Positions 16,432-26,379 of a stretch of DNA of 64,000 nt are shown piece after piece. The notes below the pieces were generated by a model. That model worked only from the letters and a program-made list of their open reading frames with translations, was not told where the DNA came from and did not search any database. Each line of letters starts with the position of its first letter. Within the stretch, counting starts at the first letter, position 1. The DNA is from a virus: the IMG/VR virus record IMGVR_UViG_3300022752_003639, positions 64,001 through 128,000 of that record; one strand, 5' to 3'. A program made the position numbers and the translations under genes.

Positions 16432-19104
16432 ATGAGTTATGTAGATGCCATCTGGGATCGTGATAATGATATTATCAAAGTTGTTGAACGTGATCCTAAA
16501 AAGGGTCGCTTATTTCAAGAATACCCTGCAAGATATATATTTTACTACCCGGATTCAAAAGGTAAGTATAAATCAATTTACGGTGATAATCTTTCTAGAG
16601 TATTAACCAAATCATTTAAAGACTTTCAAAAAGAACAAAGAATACATAATAGTCATAGACTATTTGAAAGTGACATAAACCCCATATTTAGAACACTAGA
16701 AGAAAATTATTTAGGTAAAGAAGAACCTAGACTAAATGTAGCATTTTTTGACATCGAAGTCGATTTTGATCCAGAAAGAGGATACGCTAGTCCAGACGAT
16801 CCCTTTATGCCTATCACAGCTATTACAGTAAACCTACAGTGGTTAAATGTTTTAATAACATTGGCTATCCCTCCAAAAAGTCTTACATTAGAAGAGGCAA
16901 AAGAACAGGTAAAAGATTTTCCAAATACACACTTATTTGAATCTGAAGGAGAAATGTTAGAAACATTCTTAGAATTATTAGATGATGTAGATGTATTGAG
17001 TGGATGGAATTCAGAAGGCTATGATATTCCCTATACAGTAAACAGAGTAACTAAAGTATTAAGTAAAGAAGATACTAGAAGATTTTGTTTATGGGATCAA
17101 TTTCCTAAAAAAAGAGAATACGAAAAATACGGCAAGACCGCCGTGACATATGATCTTATAGGTCGAGTACATTTGGATTCTTTAGAGCTTTATAGAAAAT
17201 ATACCTATGAAGAACGTCACACTTTTAGATTAGATGCTATAGGTGAAATTGAAATTGGAGAAAATAAAACAGTTTACGAAGGAACACTTGACCAATTATA
17301 TAATAACGACTTTCGTAAATTTATAGAATACAACAGACAAGACGTTGCTTTATTAGACAAATTAGACCGAAAACTTAAATTTATCGACCTTGCCAATAAA
17401 ATTGCTCATGAAAACACAGTATTATTACAGACTACTCTAGGAGCTGTAGCAGTAACCGAGCAAGCAATTATTAATGAAGCACATCATCGAGGTATGATGG
17501 TTCCTAGTAGAGCTAAACGCGATGAGCTAGGTGATACAGGAGCAGCGGGCGCATATGTAGCCTACCCTAAAAAAGGACTTCATGAATGGATCGGAAGCAT
17601 TGACATCAATAGTCTATATCCAAGTGTAATTCGTGCATTAAACATGGGACCGGAGACCATTGTAGGTCAACTACGCCCAGAAAAAACTGAAAAATATATA
17701 AACGAACAAATATCTATACATAAAAAAACATTCGCAGGGGCCTGGGAAGGAATGTTTGGAACGCTAGAATACGAAGCAGTAATTAAAAAAGATAGAGCAT
17801 TTGAAATTGTTATAGATTGGGAAAACAACGAAACCAGTGTGTTATCTGCGGCAGAGGTACATAATTTAATTTTTGAAAGTAATAACCATTGGATGCTCAG
17901 TGCAAATGGAACTATTTTTACCTATGAAAAAGAAGGCATAATTCCTGGCCTACTGAAACGATGGTATGCTGAACGTAAAGAATTACAAGGAAAATTAAAA
18001 TTAGCTAAAGATGCGGAAAATATTATAGAAGAAGAGTATTGGGACAAGAGACAATTAGTTAAAAAGATTAATCTTAATAGCTTGTACGGCGCTATTTTAA
18101 ATCCAGGATGTAGATTTTTTGACAAGCGTATAGGTCAATCAACAACATTAACAGGTAGATCTATAGCAAAACACATGGCAGGAACAGTAAATGAAATTGT
18201 AACAGGTGAGTTTGATCATGTAGGGAAAGCTATAATCTATGGTGATACAGACAGTTGTTACTTCAGTGCATACTCTACATTAAAAAGAGATATCGAAAAA
18301 GGACAAGTACCTTGGAATAAAGATATTATAATTCAACTTTATAATCAAATCGCAGATAAAGTAAATCAAACATTCCCAGAATTTATGCTTGCAGCATTTC
18401 ATTGTCCCAAATCTAGAGGAGATGTTATTAAAGGGGGCAGAGAAATTGTTGCAAGCAAAGGTTTGTTTATCACTAAAAAACGCTATGCAGTTCTATATTA
18501 TGATAAGGACGGAAAACGCACAGACGTAGACGGAAAAACTGGCAAAATTAAAGCTATGGGCTTAGACTTAAAAAGAAGTGACACTCCTGAATTTATGCAA
18601 AAATTCCTAGAAGAAATTCTTGGCAAAGTTCTACACGGCGAACAAGAAAAAGAAATTTTAGATAGAATTAGTGAATTTCGAACAGAATTCAAAGCTCGCC
18701 CAGGTTGGGAAAAAGGTTCGCCTAAACGTGCTAATAATATTACAGAATACGAAGCTAAAGAAAAGAAAGCAGGCAAGGCTAATATGCCGGGACATGTACG
18801 TGCAAGCATAAATTGGAATACTTTACGAAGAATGAATGGAGACAAATATTCCATGCAAATTGTTGATGGTATGAAAGTTATAGTTTGTAAAGTAAAAGAC
18901 AATCCATTAGGATTTACCAGCGTGGCCTATCCTACAGACGAATTACGGTTACCAAAATGGTTTCAAGAATTACCATTCGACCATTCAGAAATGGAAACAA
19001 CAATCATTAACAATAAATTAGACAATCTCATCGGTGTTCTAGAATGGGATTTAGAAAGCACTACACAGGATAATACTTTTGGCAAGTTATTTTCTTTTGA
19101 ATGA
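16432..19104 (+). CDS. gp43: Family B DNA polymerase (T4 gp43-like; start refined to ATG 16432)
   Basis: Exo FFDIE; DINSLYPS; KINLNSLYG; YGDTDS; KKRYA; RBS AAGGAG at 16421. Confidence 0.95.
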   Translation: MSYVDAIWDRDNDIIKVVERDPKKGRLFQEYPARYIFYYPDSKGKYKSIYGDNLSRVLTKSFKDFQKEQRIHNSHRLFESDINPIFRTLEENYLGKEEPRLNVAFFDIEVDFDPERGYASPDDPFMPITAITVNLQWLNVLITLAIPPKSLTLEEAKEQVKDFPNTHLFESEGEMLETFLELLDDVDVLSGWNSEGYDIPYTVNRVTKVLSKEDTRRFCLWDQFPKKREYEKYGKTAVTYDLIGRVHLDSLELYRKYTYEERHTFRLDAIGEIEIGENKTVYEGTLDQLYNNDFRKFIEYNRQDVALLDKLDRKLKFIDLANKIAHENTVLLQTTLGAVAVTEQAIINEAHHRGMMVPSRAKRDELGDTGAAGAYVAYPKKGLHEWIGSIDINSLYPSVIRALNMGPETIVGQLRPEKTEKYINEQISIHKKTFAGAWEGMFGTLEYEAVIKKDRAFEIVIDWENNETSVLSAAEVHNLIFESNNHWMLSANGTIFTYEKEGIIPGLLKRWYAERKELQGKLKLAKDAENIIEEEYWDKRQLVKKINLNSLYGAILNPGCRFFDKRIGQSTTLTGRSIAKHMAGTVNEIVTGEFDHVGKAIIYGDTDSCYFSAYSTLKRDIEKGQVPWNKDIIIQLYNQIADKVNQTFPEFMLAAFHCPKSRGDVIKGGREIVASKGLFITKKRYAVLYYDKDGKRTDVDGKTGKIKAMGLDLKRSDTPEFMQKFLEEILGKVLHGEQEKEILDRISEFRTEFKARPGWEKGSPKRANNITEYEAKEKKAGKANMPGHVRASINWNTLRRMNGDKYSMQIVDGMKVIVCKVKDNPLGFTSVAYPTDELRLPKWFQELPFDHSEMETTIINNKLDNLIGVLEWDLESTTQDNTFGKLFSFE

Positions 19105-19113
19105 AAATAATAG

Positions 19114-19142
19114 TTGACATTATCCTTAATTCTAAATATAAT
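19114..19142 (+). promoter_or_regulatory. Consensus sigma70 promoter TTGACA-N17-TATAAT with nested TAAATA (19133-19138)
   Basis: Perfect -35/-10 boxes, intergenic. Confidence 0.85.
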
Positions 19143-19159
19143 TATACAAAGGAAAAATC

Positions 19160-19894
19160 ATGCAAGATATATTAAAAGACATCGTAAGTCATACACATAA
19201 TCTAGGCTTTCTCAATATTGTCAAAGTCACAGGTGACGAATCTAGTACAAAAATCAATAGTATGGCAGATGACAGAACAGTAATTATGTTCGGTGAAACT
19301 GCCAACCCATATCCGGAAATGATAGGCGTTTTTGGAATGCCGCAATTGAATAAATTAAAATATTTGTTAGACTGCCCTGAATATAAAGAAAACGCCAATA
19401 TAAACATAACACACATTAATAAAAATGGTGTAGATATTCCGTCAGGTATTCATTTTGTAAACGAAAATGGTGATTTTAAAAACGATTATAAGTTTATGAA
19501 TACTGAAATTATCAATGAAAAAATTAAAGATATAAAATTTAGAGGCGTAAAATGGGACGTAGAGCTAACGCCTACAGTTCAGTCGATACAGAAATTTAAT
19601 TTCCAAGTTAATGCTAATAATGAACATACAACATTTTTAGCTAAAACAGATGCGGATAAATTAGTATTTTCATTTGGCGATGCTAGTAGTCATAGTGGTG
19701 AATTTATATTTGCAAACGGAATCACTGGTAAATTAAGCAAAAGCTGGACATGGCCTGTTTCATCTGTCCTAGCTATTTTGAAAGCAGCAGATGTGAATAA
19801 TACTAAAATGAGTTTAAGCAATGAAGGTGCTTTACAAATTACTTTAGATAGCGGATTGGCCACATATCAATATATCATTCCTGCAACAATATGA
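19160..19894 (+). CDS. Probable sliding clamp (gp45-like)
   Basis: 244-aa alpha/beta ORF directly after the polymerase; size and position fit, no diagnostic motif. Confidence 0.5.
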   Translation: MQDILKDIVSHTHNLGFLNIVKVTGDESSTKINSMADDRTVIMFGETANPYPEMIGVFGMPQLNKLKYLLDCPEYKENANINITHINKNGVDIPSGIHFVNENGDFKNDYKFMNTEIINEKIKDIKFRGVKWDVELTPTVQSIQKFNFQVNANNEHTTFLAKTDADKLVFSFGDASSHSGEFIFANGITGKLSKSWTWPVSSVLAILKAADVNNTKMSLSNEGALQITLDSGLATYQYIIPATI

Positions 19895-20259
19895 TTAGAT
19901 CAGTCTCGGGAGGGCCTCATATACAGGTAGATGGTGGTCATCCATCTGCCTCGTATATCTATTCTGAAAATGCAAATAAACCCATGGCCGGTATGGTAAG
20001 ATATATCAACAACCAATTTGAAGTATACGACGGTAATACATGGCATCAGATATCAGTCGGACATACTACCGTAAAATTAACAAACGAAGCCAGTAAGGCC
20101 ATTGACTGGGCATTAAGACAAATGCAGGAACAGGCTGACATTGAAAAACTGGCAAAAGACTACCCTGCGGTCAAACTGGCACACGATAATCTTAAACGTG
20201 CTGCCGAACAATTAAAGGCCACTATTATATTGAGTAAAGATGAGCAATCCACCAATTAA
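19891..20259 (+). CDS. Hypothetical protein
   Basis: 122-aa overlapping ORF. Confidence 0.55.
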   Translation: MIRSVSGGPHIQVDGGHPSASYIYSENANKPMAGMVRYINNQFEVYDGNTWHQISVGHTTVKLTNEASKAIDWALRQMQEQADIEKLAKDYPAVKLAHDNLKRAAEQLKATIILSKDEQSTN

Positions 20260-21793
20260 CCTAACACCATTACAGAAAGACTATGCTGTATTTTTACCAG
20301 CAGTTAGTTCTTTTTATTCAACCTATGTAGCCAAACAAAAATTAGAGGAATTCGTTCCTAAGCATCGTATCCCTAAAGGATTTGATCGTGATATTGAAGG
20401 TATGAACTTTCTAAATCCAGAACAAGGCTATTTTACCTACAAATATGCTTTATACTCTGCAGGACATGCACAATTAGACTTGAATAAAAGTATAGTACAA
20501 GAAAGTATGATTCAACAGCGTGATAGAAACGCAACAATGATTCTAGGAGATTCCGGTGGATACCAGATTGGTAAAGGTGTGCTAAAGTTTGATTGGCTAA
20601 ATTTTGAAGGAGCAGAAGCAAACAAGGTTCGTCAACGTATTCTAGAGTGGTTAGAACTAACTGCTGATTGGTCAATGATGCTAGATGTTCCTACTTGGGC
20701 CTGTGATCATATTCATAGTCCAAAGACGGGTCTTAAAACGTTTGATGACTGTTTAGATAAGACCAAATTTAACAATGAATACTTTCTAAAAAATAGACTA
20801 GGTCAAACTAAATGGCTTAACGTGCTGCAAGGATCAGATTGGGATACCGCAGAGAAATGGTACGACGGTGTTAAAGAATTTTCAGATCCTGCCGTATGGG
20901 GGGATAAGGCTGCAGAAGGGTGGGCCTTTGGTGGTGCTAATATGTGTAAAATGGACATTACATTAAAGCGTCTAATGACCTTACGTGAAGATGGTCTACT
21001 AAAAAATAAAAACTGGATTCACTTCTTAGGTACAGCCCAACTTGATTGGTCCTGTTATCTTACCTCTATTCAACGACAAATTAGAAAGCACATTAATGAA
21101 GAAATTACCATATCTTTTGACTGCGCCTCACCGTTTATTGCAACCGCCCACGGACTTGTCTATACAAACGCACAGCACACGCCGAAACGTTGGAGCGTTA
21201 TTATGGACAAGGCCCCAGACAACAAAACACTTGCAAGAAGCACAATCCCATTTCCGTTCGAATCAGAAATAGGTCGCAGGCTTAACATGGGAGATATCTG
21301 CTGGTATGCTCCTGGAGATCTTAATAAAATTAAAAAAGAAGGTAAAACGTCGTGGGATAGTTTTTCATATGCACTAATGATGGGGCATAATGTATACTGC
21401 CATATTGTTGCCGTACAACGTGCCCAGCAATTAATGGATATTGAAGTTGCTAAAACACAACAAAAAATAAATTGGCGTTTTTGGAAAAAAGTAAAATCCG
21501 GCGATATGAGCGACGAATATAGTGACTGGGTTCCTAGAAATGTGCTATACTTCAATAACTTTGTAGAAGATTTATTTAATACAAAAACGAAAAAAGAAGC
21601 ATTTGAGATGATTGAAGAAGCTGGATCATTTTTAAGATCGTTAGAAGGTGCAAGATTACGAGGTGGCCCTGCTCAGAACAATTTCAACACTTTCTTTGAA
21701 TTTGAAGAAGTAACCAAAGCAGAAGAGATTGATTTAGAAAACCCTGATGATGATAAATTAAGGGCTCTTGAAGAAGAAATTATGGAGAATTAA
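20240..21793 (+). CDS. dpdA: TGT-family transglycosylase, probable DpdA (7-deazaguanine insertion into DNA)
   Basis: LGDSGGYQ, MMLDVP, VLQG, AFGG, HFLG, SFDCAS motifs; queD and queE nearby. Confidence 0.75.
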   Translation: MSNPPINLTPLQKDYAVFLPAVSSFYSTYVAKQKLEEFVPKHRIPKGFDRDIEGMNFLNPEQGYFTYKYALYSAGHAQLDLNKSIVQESMIQQRDRNATMILGDSGGYQIGKGVLKFDWLNFEGAEANKVRQRILEWLELTADWSMMLDVPTWACDHIHSPKTGLKTFDDCLDKTKFNNEYFLKNRLGQTKWLNVLQGSDWDTAEKWYDGVKEFSDPAVWGDKAAEGWAFGGANMCKMDITLKRLMTLREDGLLKNKNWIHFLGTAQLDWSCYLTSIQRQIRKHINEEITISFDCASPFIATAHGLVYTNAQHTPKRWSVIMDKAPDNKTLARSTIPFPFESEIGRRLNMGDICWYAPGDLNKIKKEGKTSWDSFSYALMMGHNVYCHIVAVQRAQQLMDIEVAKTQQKINWRFWKKVKSGDMSDEYSDWVPRNVLYFNNFVEDLFNTKTKKEAFEMIEEAGSFLRSLEGARLRGGPAQNNFNTFFEFEEVTKAEEIDLENPDDDKLRALEEEIMEN

Positions 21794-21794
21794 C

Positions 21795-22223
21795 ATGGCA
21801 ATATGGCGTATTACAAATTATCAAAAAAAGTCGGCTGATGAAATTCAAACCTGGCGTAAAGGTGATGATGAATTTCAAAAAACAGAAACATACCGTTGGG
21901 GTGTTTGGGAATGTGAAAGTGATGAAAAGCCTGTAGTTGATTTAAACAACCCAGGTGGCTGGAGTCCAGATAATGCAGATCAAGAAGATTATACCTGGGA
22001 AATGGTTGAAATGATTGATGGTTGTTATGTGGATTGGGATTTTATAGGCTGTCCGGATATGGATGAGGAAGAACAAGAACGTATTCAAGAACTTTGGAAC
22101 GAAAACTATTACGAAGGATTAGAAGGCGAAGACTGGATTAATGACGAAACTGAATATTGGCTTCATGGCCCATTGAAATTAACCAATGTAGATACTGGTG
22201 AAGAATGGCATGGAGAAGACTGA
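21795..22223 (+). CDS. Acidic Trp-rich hypothetical protein (start refined to 21795)
   Basis: GGAG RBS; 40 D/E in 142 aa. Confidence 0.6.
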   Translation: MAIWRITNYQKKSADEIQTWRKGDDEFQKTETYRWGVWECESDEKPVVDLNNPGGWSPDNADQEDYTWEMVEMIDGCYVDWDFIGCPDMDEEEQERIQELWNENYYEGLEGEDWINDETEYWLHGPLKLTNVDTGEEWHGED

Positions 22224-22455
22224 CTCAATTTTAGAAAAACTTATCTACAGGGCAGGGTTCAGCTCAACCTTTGAACGTGTAAGGCTAGAAAGACTAATTT
22301 GGTTAGCTGCCCGCGATATTCAACATATTGTAACAGACGAGCAATGGCAACAAATTGTAAATCATTTATCTATTCCAGAAGATTTTAATAAACGAACCAA
22401 CAATAATTATCTTACAAAAAAATCCGCAGATCAACCAGAAGGATATTTAGAATGA
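22198..22455 (+). CDS. Hypothetical protein
   Basis: Packed ORF; start uncertain. Confidence 0.5.
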   Translation: MKNGMEKTDSILEKLIYRAGFSSTFERVRLERLIWLAARDIQHIVTDEQWQQIVNHLSIPEDFNKRTNNNYLTKKSADQPEGYLE

Positions 22456-22751
22456 AATCTGTTCATGAACTTAGTGATGAAGAATTAGAAAGTTGTATAG
22501 ATGGTTCTTTTCACATTGAAACTTTAAGAGAAATTCTTAGTAAACAGGGTGTAGTAGATTTAGAAGGTTGGGTAGATCCGGAAATTTTTGCAGATTGGTT
22601 CGCTCAGTCTCTCGTAGATATAATAGGCGTAGAAGAAGATACACCAGAATGGACTGAAGCATTTGATAACAATTGGAATTGGGGTTATGACGTTGGTGAT
22701 AATATCAATTCCTTTATTAGTGATAATTTTAAGGATAAAAAAGATGCCTAA
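22452..22751 (+). CDS. Small acidic protein
   Basis: 25 D/E versus 6 K/R in 99 aa. Confidence 0.6.
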   Translation: MKSVHELSDEELESCIDGSFHIETLREILSKQGVVDLEGWVDPEIFADWFAQSLVDIIGVEEDTPEWTEAFDNNWNWGYDVGDNINSFISDNFKDKKDA

Positions 22752-22944
22752 GAAAAAAACAGAACCAACTAGTAAATTAGCAAAAAATAAAAAAACAGAT
22801 GCAAAAAAAGAAAGTAACGAATATACTATTGAGACAAAAGATGAGTCAGGAAAATTATCATTTGATATAGATTGGGATAGGCTTAAAATTCATGTCCAAA
22901 ATGCCTTGACTGACTTTGAAAAAACAAGTAAAATTAAAACATGA
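22744..22944 (+). CDS. Hypothetical protein (start refined to 22744)
   Basis: Overlaps both neighbours as in translational coupling. Confidence 0.5.
   Translation: MPKKKTEPTSKLAKNKKTDAKKESNEYTIETKDESGKLSFDIDWDRLKIHVQNALTDFEKTSKIKT
22906..22934 (+). promoter_or_regulatory. Sigma70-type promoter TTGACT-N17-TAAAAT
   Basis: Near consensus, directly before ATG 22941. Confidence 0.5.
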
Positions 22945-23453
22945 AAAGAAATTATTCCTCTGATTGTTTAGATGATGTTGTTTTCTTTGTAGGAACAGAA
23001 ATCGAACATACTCCTGCTTATGGGTTGAATACACTCTTTGTAGTTGGTATTCAAGGATATGACGAAATTTTGTATAGGCTAGAAAACATAGAACATATTT
23101 TCTTTGGAGCTAATCATAGCTTTAACCCGCAAACTACAGAAGAATGGAACCGCTGGGAAAACATGATTATGTATTTTCTAGAAAAAGATTATTTGTGCTC
23201 ATTAGACATTCCTATTAACCAAGTTGAAGAGTTTCATGAAGGGGGTCTTTGTGAACATAACAACTTTATTCCACAAATTCGTGTGCCAATTCCTTATATT
23301 AAATTATGGAATTACAACACAATGCTCAAAATTGATGATAAAGATTTTGATGCAACTAATCCCGGTGTGTGGTCACACAGTCTACACTCACTAATGGAAC
23401 GTAGTAAATTTACAGACTGGAAACAATATAATAAGGATGTAGTAATAAAATGA
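22941..23453 (+). CDS. Hypothetical protein in the dpdA-queD cluster
   Basis: 170-aa ORF with FFVGTEIEHTPAYG and HIFFGANHSF. Confidence 0.6.
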   Translation: MKRNYSSDCLDDVVFFVGTEIEHTPAYGLNTLFVVGIQGYDEILYRLENIEHIFFGANHSFNPQTTEEWNRWENMIMYFLEKDYLCSLDIPINQVEEFHEGGLCEHNNFIPQIRVPIPYIKLWNYNTMLKIDDKDFDATNPGVWSHSLHSLMERSKFTDWKQYNKDVVIK

Positions 23454-23638
23454 TTAATAGCAAATTAGCAAATCAACTTAGTTCTGAAGAAAAACTTTTT
23501 AAAATGTTAGAAAGCATTGACTGGAAACTTTGGGAAATGTATAACATTTTAAAGGCACAGACTGAAGGAGCAAAGGTATCAACTAAAGCAGTTTCAGCAG
23601 TTAAAAAAACTAAAACATCTGCAAAAACAGACAACTAA
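23450..23638 (+). CDS. Hypothetical protein
   Basis: ATGA-coupled ORF. Confidence 0.5.
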   Translation: MINSKLANQLSSEEKLFKMLESIDWKLWEMYNILKAQTEGAKVSTKAVSAVKKTKTSAKTDN

Positions 23639-23640
23639 AA

Positions 23641-24030
23641 ATGATTATTAAACAAGACATACGACCAAGTAAAATGATCTGGATTACTTTTAGTAAAGAA
23701 GGTATCCATAAATATCCAGCAGCACTAACTGATCCCAACTTAGCAACAGGAGATGAATACGATGTTTCGTTCCTTGGTTATCCGCATCGTCATATATTCC
23801 ATTTTAGGGTGTGGATTAATGTACTTCATAACGATCGCGAAATCGAATTCATACAGTTCAAGAGATTCTGTGAGCGTCTCCTGCGTGAGGGGGTAGTACA
23901 ATTAGATTATAAAAGTTGCGAAATGATGAGCGATGATCTATATGCTCAAATCATCGAAAAGTATCCTGGCCGTGAGGTATGGATTGAAGTCTCCGAAGAT
24001 GGAGAAAATGGTAGTTTCATTAAATATTAA
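23641..24030 (+). CDS. queD: QueD-like 6-carboxytetrahydropterin synthase (T-fold)
   Basis: H(x)16HRHIFH metal ligands, DREIEF, SCEMM, VSEDGENG. Confidence 0.75.
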   Translation: MIIKQDIRPSKMIWITFSKEGIHKYPAALTDPNLATGDEYDVSFLGYPHRHIFHFRVWINVLHNDREIEFIQFKRFCERLLREGVVQLDYKSCEMMSDDLYAQIIEKYPGREVWIEVSEDGENGSFIKY

Positions 24031-24053
24031 TCTTTTTTAGGAAATAGACAAAC

Positions 24054-24278
24054 ATGGCCCTCAGTGCATCTGTTCAAAAAACTCTTCGTATGAAACCAGA
24101 AGTTAGTAAAATCTTTGATGACCTTGAAGCATGGCACGATTATTGTAGAATGGAATTAATTGCATTTAATCCGGCCCATCTTTATAAATCTAGAGAATAT
24201 AAGGAATGGTCTAAAGACAGAAGAATTTCCAAAAACCGTAAACTAAAAAGTAAAAATGGCAAAAATATTTCTAGTTGA
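24054..24278 (+). CDS. Hypothetical protein
   Basis: AGGA RBS, 74 aa. Confidence 0.55.
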   Translation: MALSASVQKTLRMKPEVSKIFDDLEAWHDYCRMELIAFNPAHLYKSREYKEWSKDRRISKNRKLKSKNGKNISS

Positions 24279-25356
24279 CCTAGAAGCTGTTGAAACACGT
24301 TATACAGCACAATGGAAAAGTCATGTTCCCAAAATTCTCAAAGCACAAGGACATCAAGTTCACGTTATCTCTGGTCCTGAAGATATTCCTAGTGCCACTA
24401 CTCCTGGTGCCTTTCTTAACTTTGGGGGGACTAATATCTATAAGTCTCGCCAAGTTGAAGAGATTGCTCGCCTTTTTACCTCCGGAACCATTGTGGCCGG
24501 CGACCATTTTCTTTTTACTGATGCTTGGCATCCAGGCATTATAAATTTAAAATATATGAGTTCTTTACTGAATATACCAGTAAAGATTCACGCACTATGG
24601 CACGCCGGATCATATGATCCCCAAGACTTTTTAGGTAGGCTTATTGGAAACGCTAGTTGGGTAAGACATTCAGAAAAGGCATTTTTTGAAGCTATCGACT
24701 TTAACTATTTTGCCACAGACTTTCATATTGAAATGTTTGTGCGTAATTTATTAAATGACGGACTAAGCGAGAATCCTTGGTTAGATGAGGATTTAGATGA
24801 TGCCTTAAAAGGACGATGGGCTGGGATCGTACGCTCAGGTTGGCCTATGGAATATATGGCAGAAACGTTAGCGCCATACAAAGGTATAAAAAAACGTGAC
24901 CTAATCCTATTTCCACATCGAATAGCACCTGAGAAACAGATTGAAATCTTTTGGGATCTTAGATTGATACTTCCGCAATATGATTTTGTAATATGTCAAG
25001 AACAACCACTTACCAAAGCTCAATATCATAAATTATTGAGTGAGGCTAAGATTGTGTTTAGTGCTAACCTACAAGAAACCTTGGGCATCAGTTGTTATGA
25101 GGGTGCCCTGGTAGATGCTATTCCGATGGTGCCAGATCGGTTATCATATACAGAAATGTACTATGAAGGATTTAAGTATCCCAGTCATTGGACAGAAAGT
25201 TTTGATAGTTATATGAGATATCGTGCTGATTTGGTTCATCATATCATTGTCACTATGACACACTATGAAAAACGTCTGCCGCAGTTGGCTAAACAAACTG
25301 ATGATTTAACAGCGAGGTTTTTCTCATGTCAGGCATTACTGAACAACTTGAATTAG
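24256..25356 (+). CDS. GT-B fold glycosyltransferase
   Basis: FPHRIAPEKQ and SANLQETLGISCYEGA..AIPMVP (GT4-like E-x7-E). Confidence 0.75.
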   Translation: MAKIFLVDLEAVETRYTAQWKSHVPKILKAQGHQVHVISGPEDIPSATTPGAFLNFGGTNIYKSRQVEEIARLFTSGTIVAGDHFLFTDAWHPGIINLKYMSSLLNIPVKIHALWHAGSYDPQDFLGRLIGNASWVRHSEKAFFEAIDFNYFATDFHIEMFVRNLLNDGLSENPWLDEDLDDALKGRWAGIVRSGWPMEYMAETLAPYKGIKKRDLILFPHRIAPEKQIEIFWDLRLILPQYDFVICQEQPLTKAQYHKLLSEAKIVFSANLQETLGISCYEGALVDAIPMVPDRLSYTEMYYEGFKYPSHWTESFDSYMRYRADLVHHIIVTMTHYEKRLPQLAKQTDDLTARFFSCQALLNNLN

Positions 25357-25586
25357 ACTTTGAAGAGGAATGGCCCGTGCGTGATTACTACGATGATGGT
25401 CCTGTGACCATAGACGATTACATTGTAGAATATAAAACATTTGAACAGGTCAGTTGGTGGAGGCTGAAGCAAATGCTGGAACGGTGGCCTGCCATGCGTA
25501 AGAGTTGGGAAGCATTTATAGTTGATTATAATGTATGCTTGGCTACTCTGAAATCAGAAGAAGACAATGATGATATCCCTTTCTAA
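25326..25586 (+). CDS. Hypothetical protein
   Basis: Overlapping 86-aa ORF. Confidence 0.45.
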   Translation: MSGITEQLELDFEEEWPVRDYYDDGPVTIDDYIVEYKTFEQVSWWRLKQMLERWPAMRKSWEAFIVDYNVCLATLKSEEDNDDIPF

Positions 25587-26040
25587 ATTTATCTTAAATA
25601 CATTAGATCGAATGGGTCGAAAACGTATTGTATTGGATAGACAAAGTGCTGAACCATATCTCGAACGCTATTATATTTTTCTCCGCGACAGAAAACGGTT
25701 TCCTTTCAATTTGTTCTTGCACAAGTTTCTTAAATCAGATCCCGATGACGTGCATGATCATCCATGGCCTTATGCTACTCTAATTCTCAAAGGCGGGTAT
25801 TGGGAATACAAACCCGTTTTCAATGAGAAAGGAATAAAAGTTGGAGAACAGAAACATTGGTGCTCACCTGGTCATTTTCGCACTAGCTCTGCTACTAGTT
25901 TTCATCGTATCGAGTTAGAACCAGGTATTGATTGCTGGACATTATTCATGCCCGGTCCTACTAAACGTGAATGGGGATTTCTTGTTAATAATCGATGGAT
26001 TCATAACGAGCAATACCTCCAAGAGAGAGCTATAAAATGA
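25567..26040 (+). CDS. Cupin-like metal-binding protein (HDHPW motif)
   Basis: HKFLKSD..VHDHPW..ILKGGYWE..FHRIEL..WTLF. Confidence 0.65.
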   Translation: MMISLSKFILNTLDRMGRKRIVLDRQSAEPYLERYYIFLRDRKRFPFNLFLHKFLKSDPDDVHDHPWPYATLILKGGYWEYKPVFNEKGIKVGEQKHWCSPGHFRTSSATSFHRIELEPGIDCWTLFMPGPTKREWGFLVNNRWIHNEQYLQERAIK

Positions 26041-26210
26041 AAATAGGAACCAAATGGTATGGAGCCAATGGTGATCTATTTGAAATAGATGACTTAAGAT
26101 CTATAAATGGAGAAACTTGGGTTTTTTATACTAATACCTTTACTATGAAATCTTTTAGTACCCTCCTGCCTGCATTTTTACAGAGATTTCGCCGTTATGA
26201 TGACAAATAA
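26037..26210 (+). CDS. 57-aa hypothetical protein
   Basis: ATGA overlap with the upstream stop; MKIGTKW...; not in the ORF track. Confidence 0.45.
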   Translation: MKIGTKWYGANGDLFEIDDLRSINGETWVFYTNTFTMKSFSTLLPAFLQRFRRYDDK

Positions 26211-26379
26211 AAATGTTTTTGAAACTATCCTTAGTAAGTACAACTCTAAATCCTTAAATGAAATTAGATACGAATTGTATGAGGATATAGTAGAAGAATG
26301 TGCAAGATCAGTGGAACATATACGTGTATGGGACAGTAATCTAGGTGATCATATTCGAAGTAAGATGGGAACTTTATGA
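26197..26379 (+). CDS. Hypothetical protein
   Basis: 60-aa coupled ORF. Confidence 0.45.
   Translation: MMTNKNVFETILSKYNSKSLNEIRYELYEDIVEECARSVEHIRVWDSNLGDHIRSKMGTL

Noticed and set aside
16432-19104. Intein, intron or split in the DNA polymerase
   Set aside because: Single ORF of normal size (about 890 aa) with contiguous motifs; no splice or homing-endonuclease motifs seen
20240-21793. Classical tRNA-guanine transglycosylase (tgt)
   Set aside because: No C-terminal CxCxxC zinc motif seen and the context is a phage replication module; DpdA-like preferred but not proven
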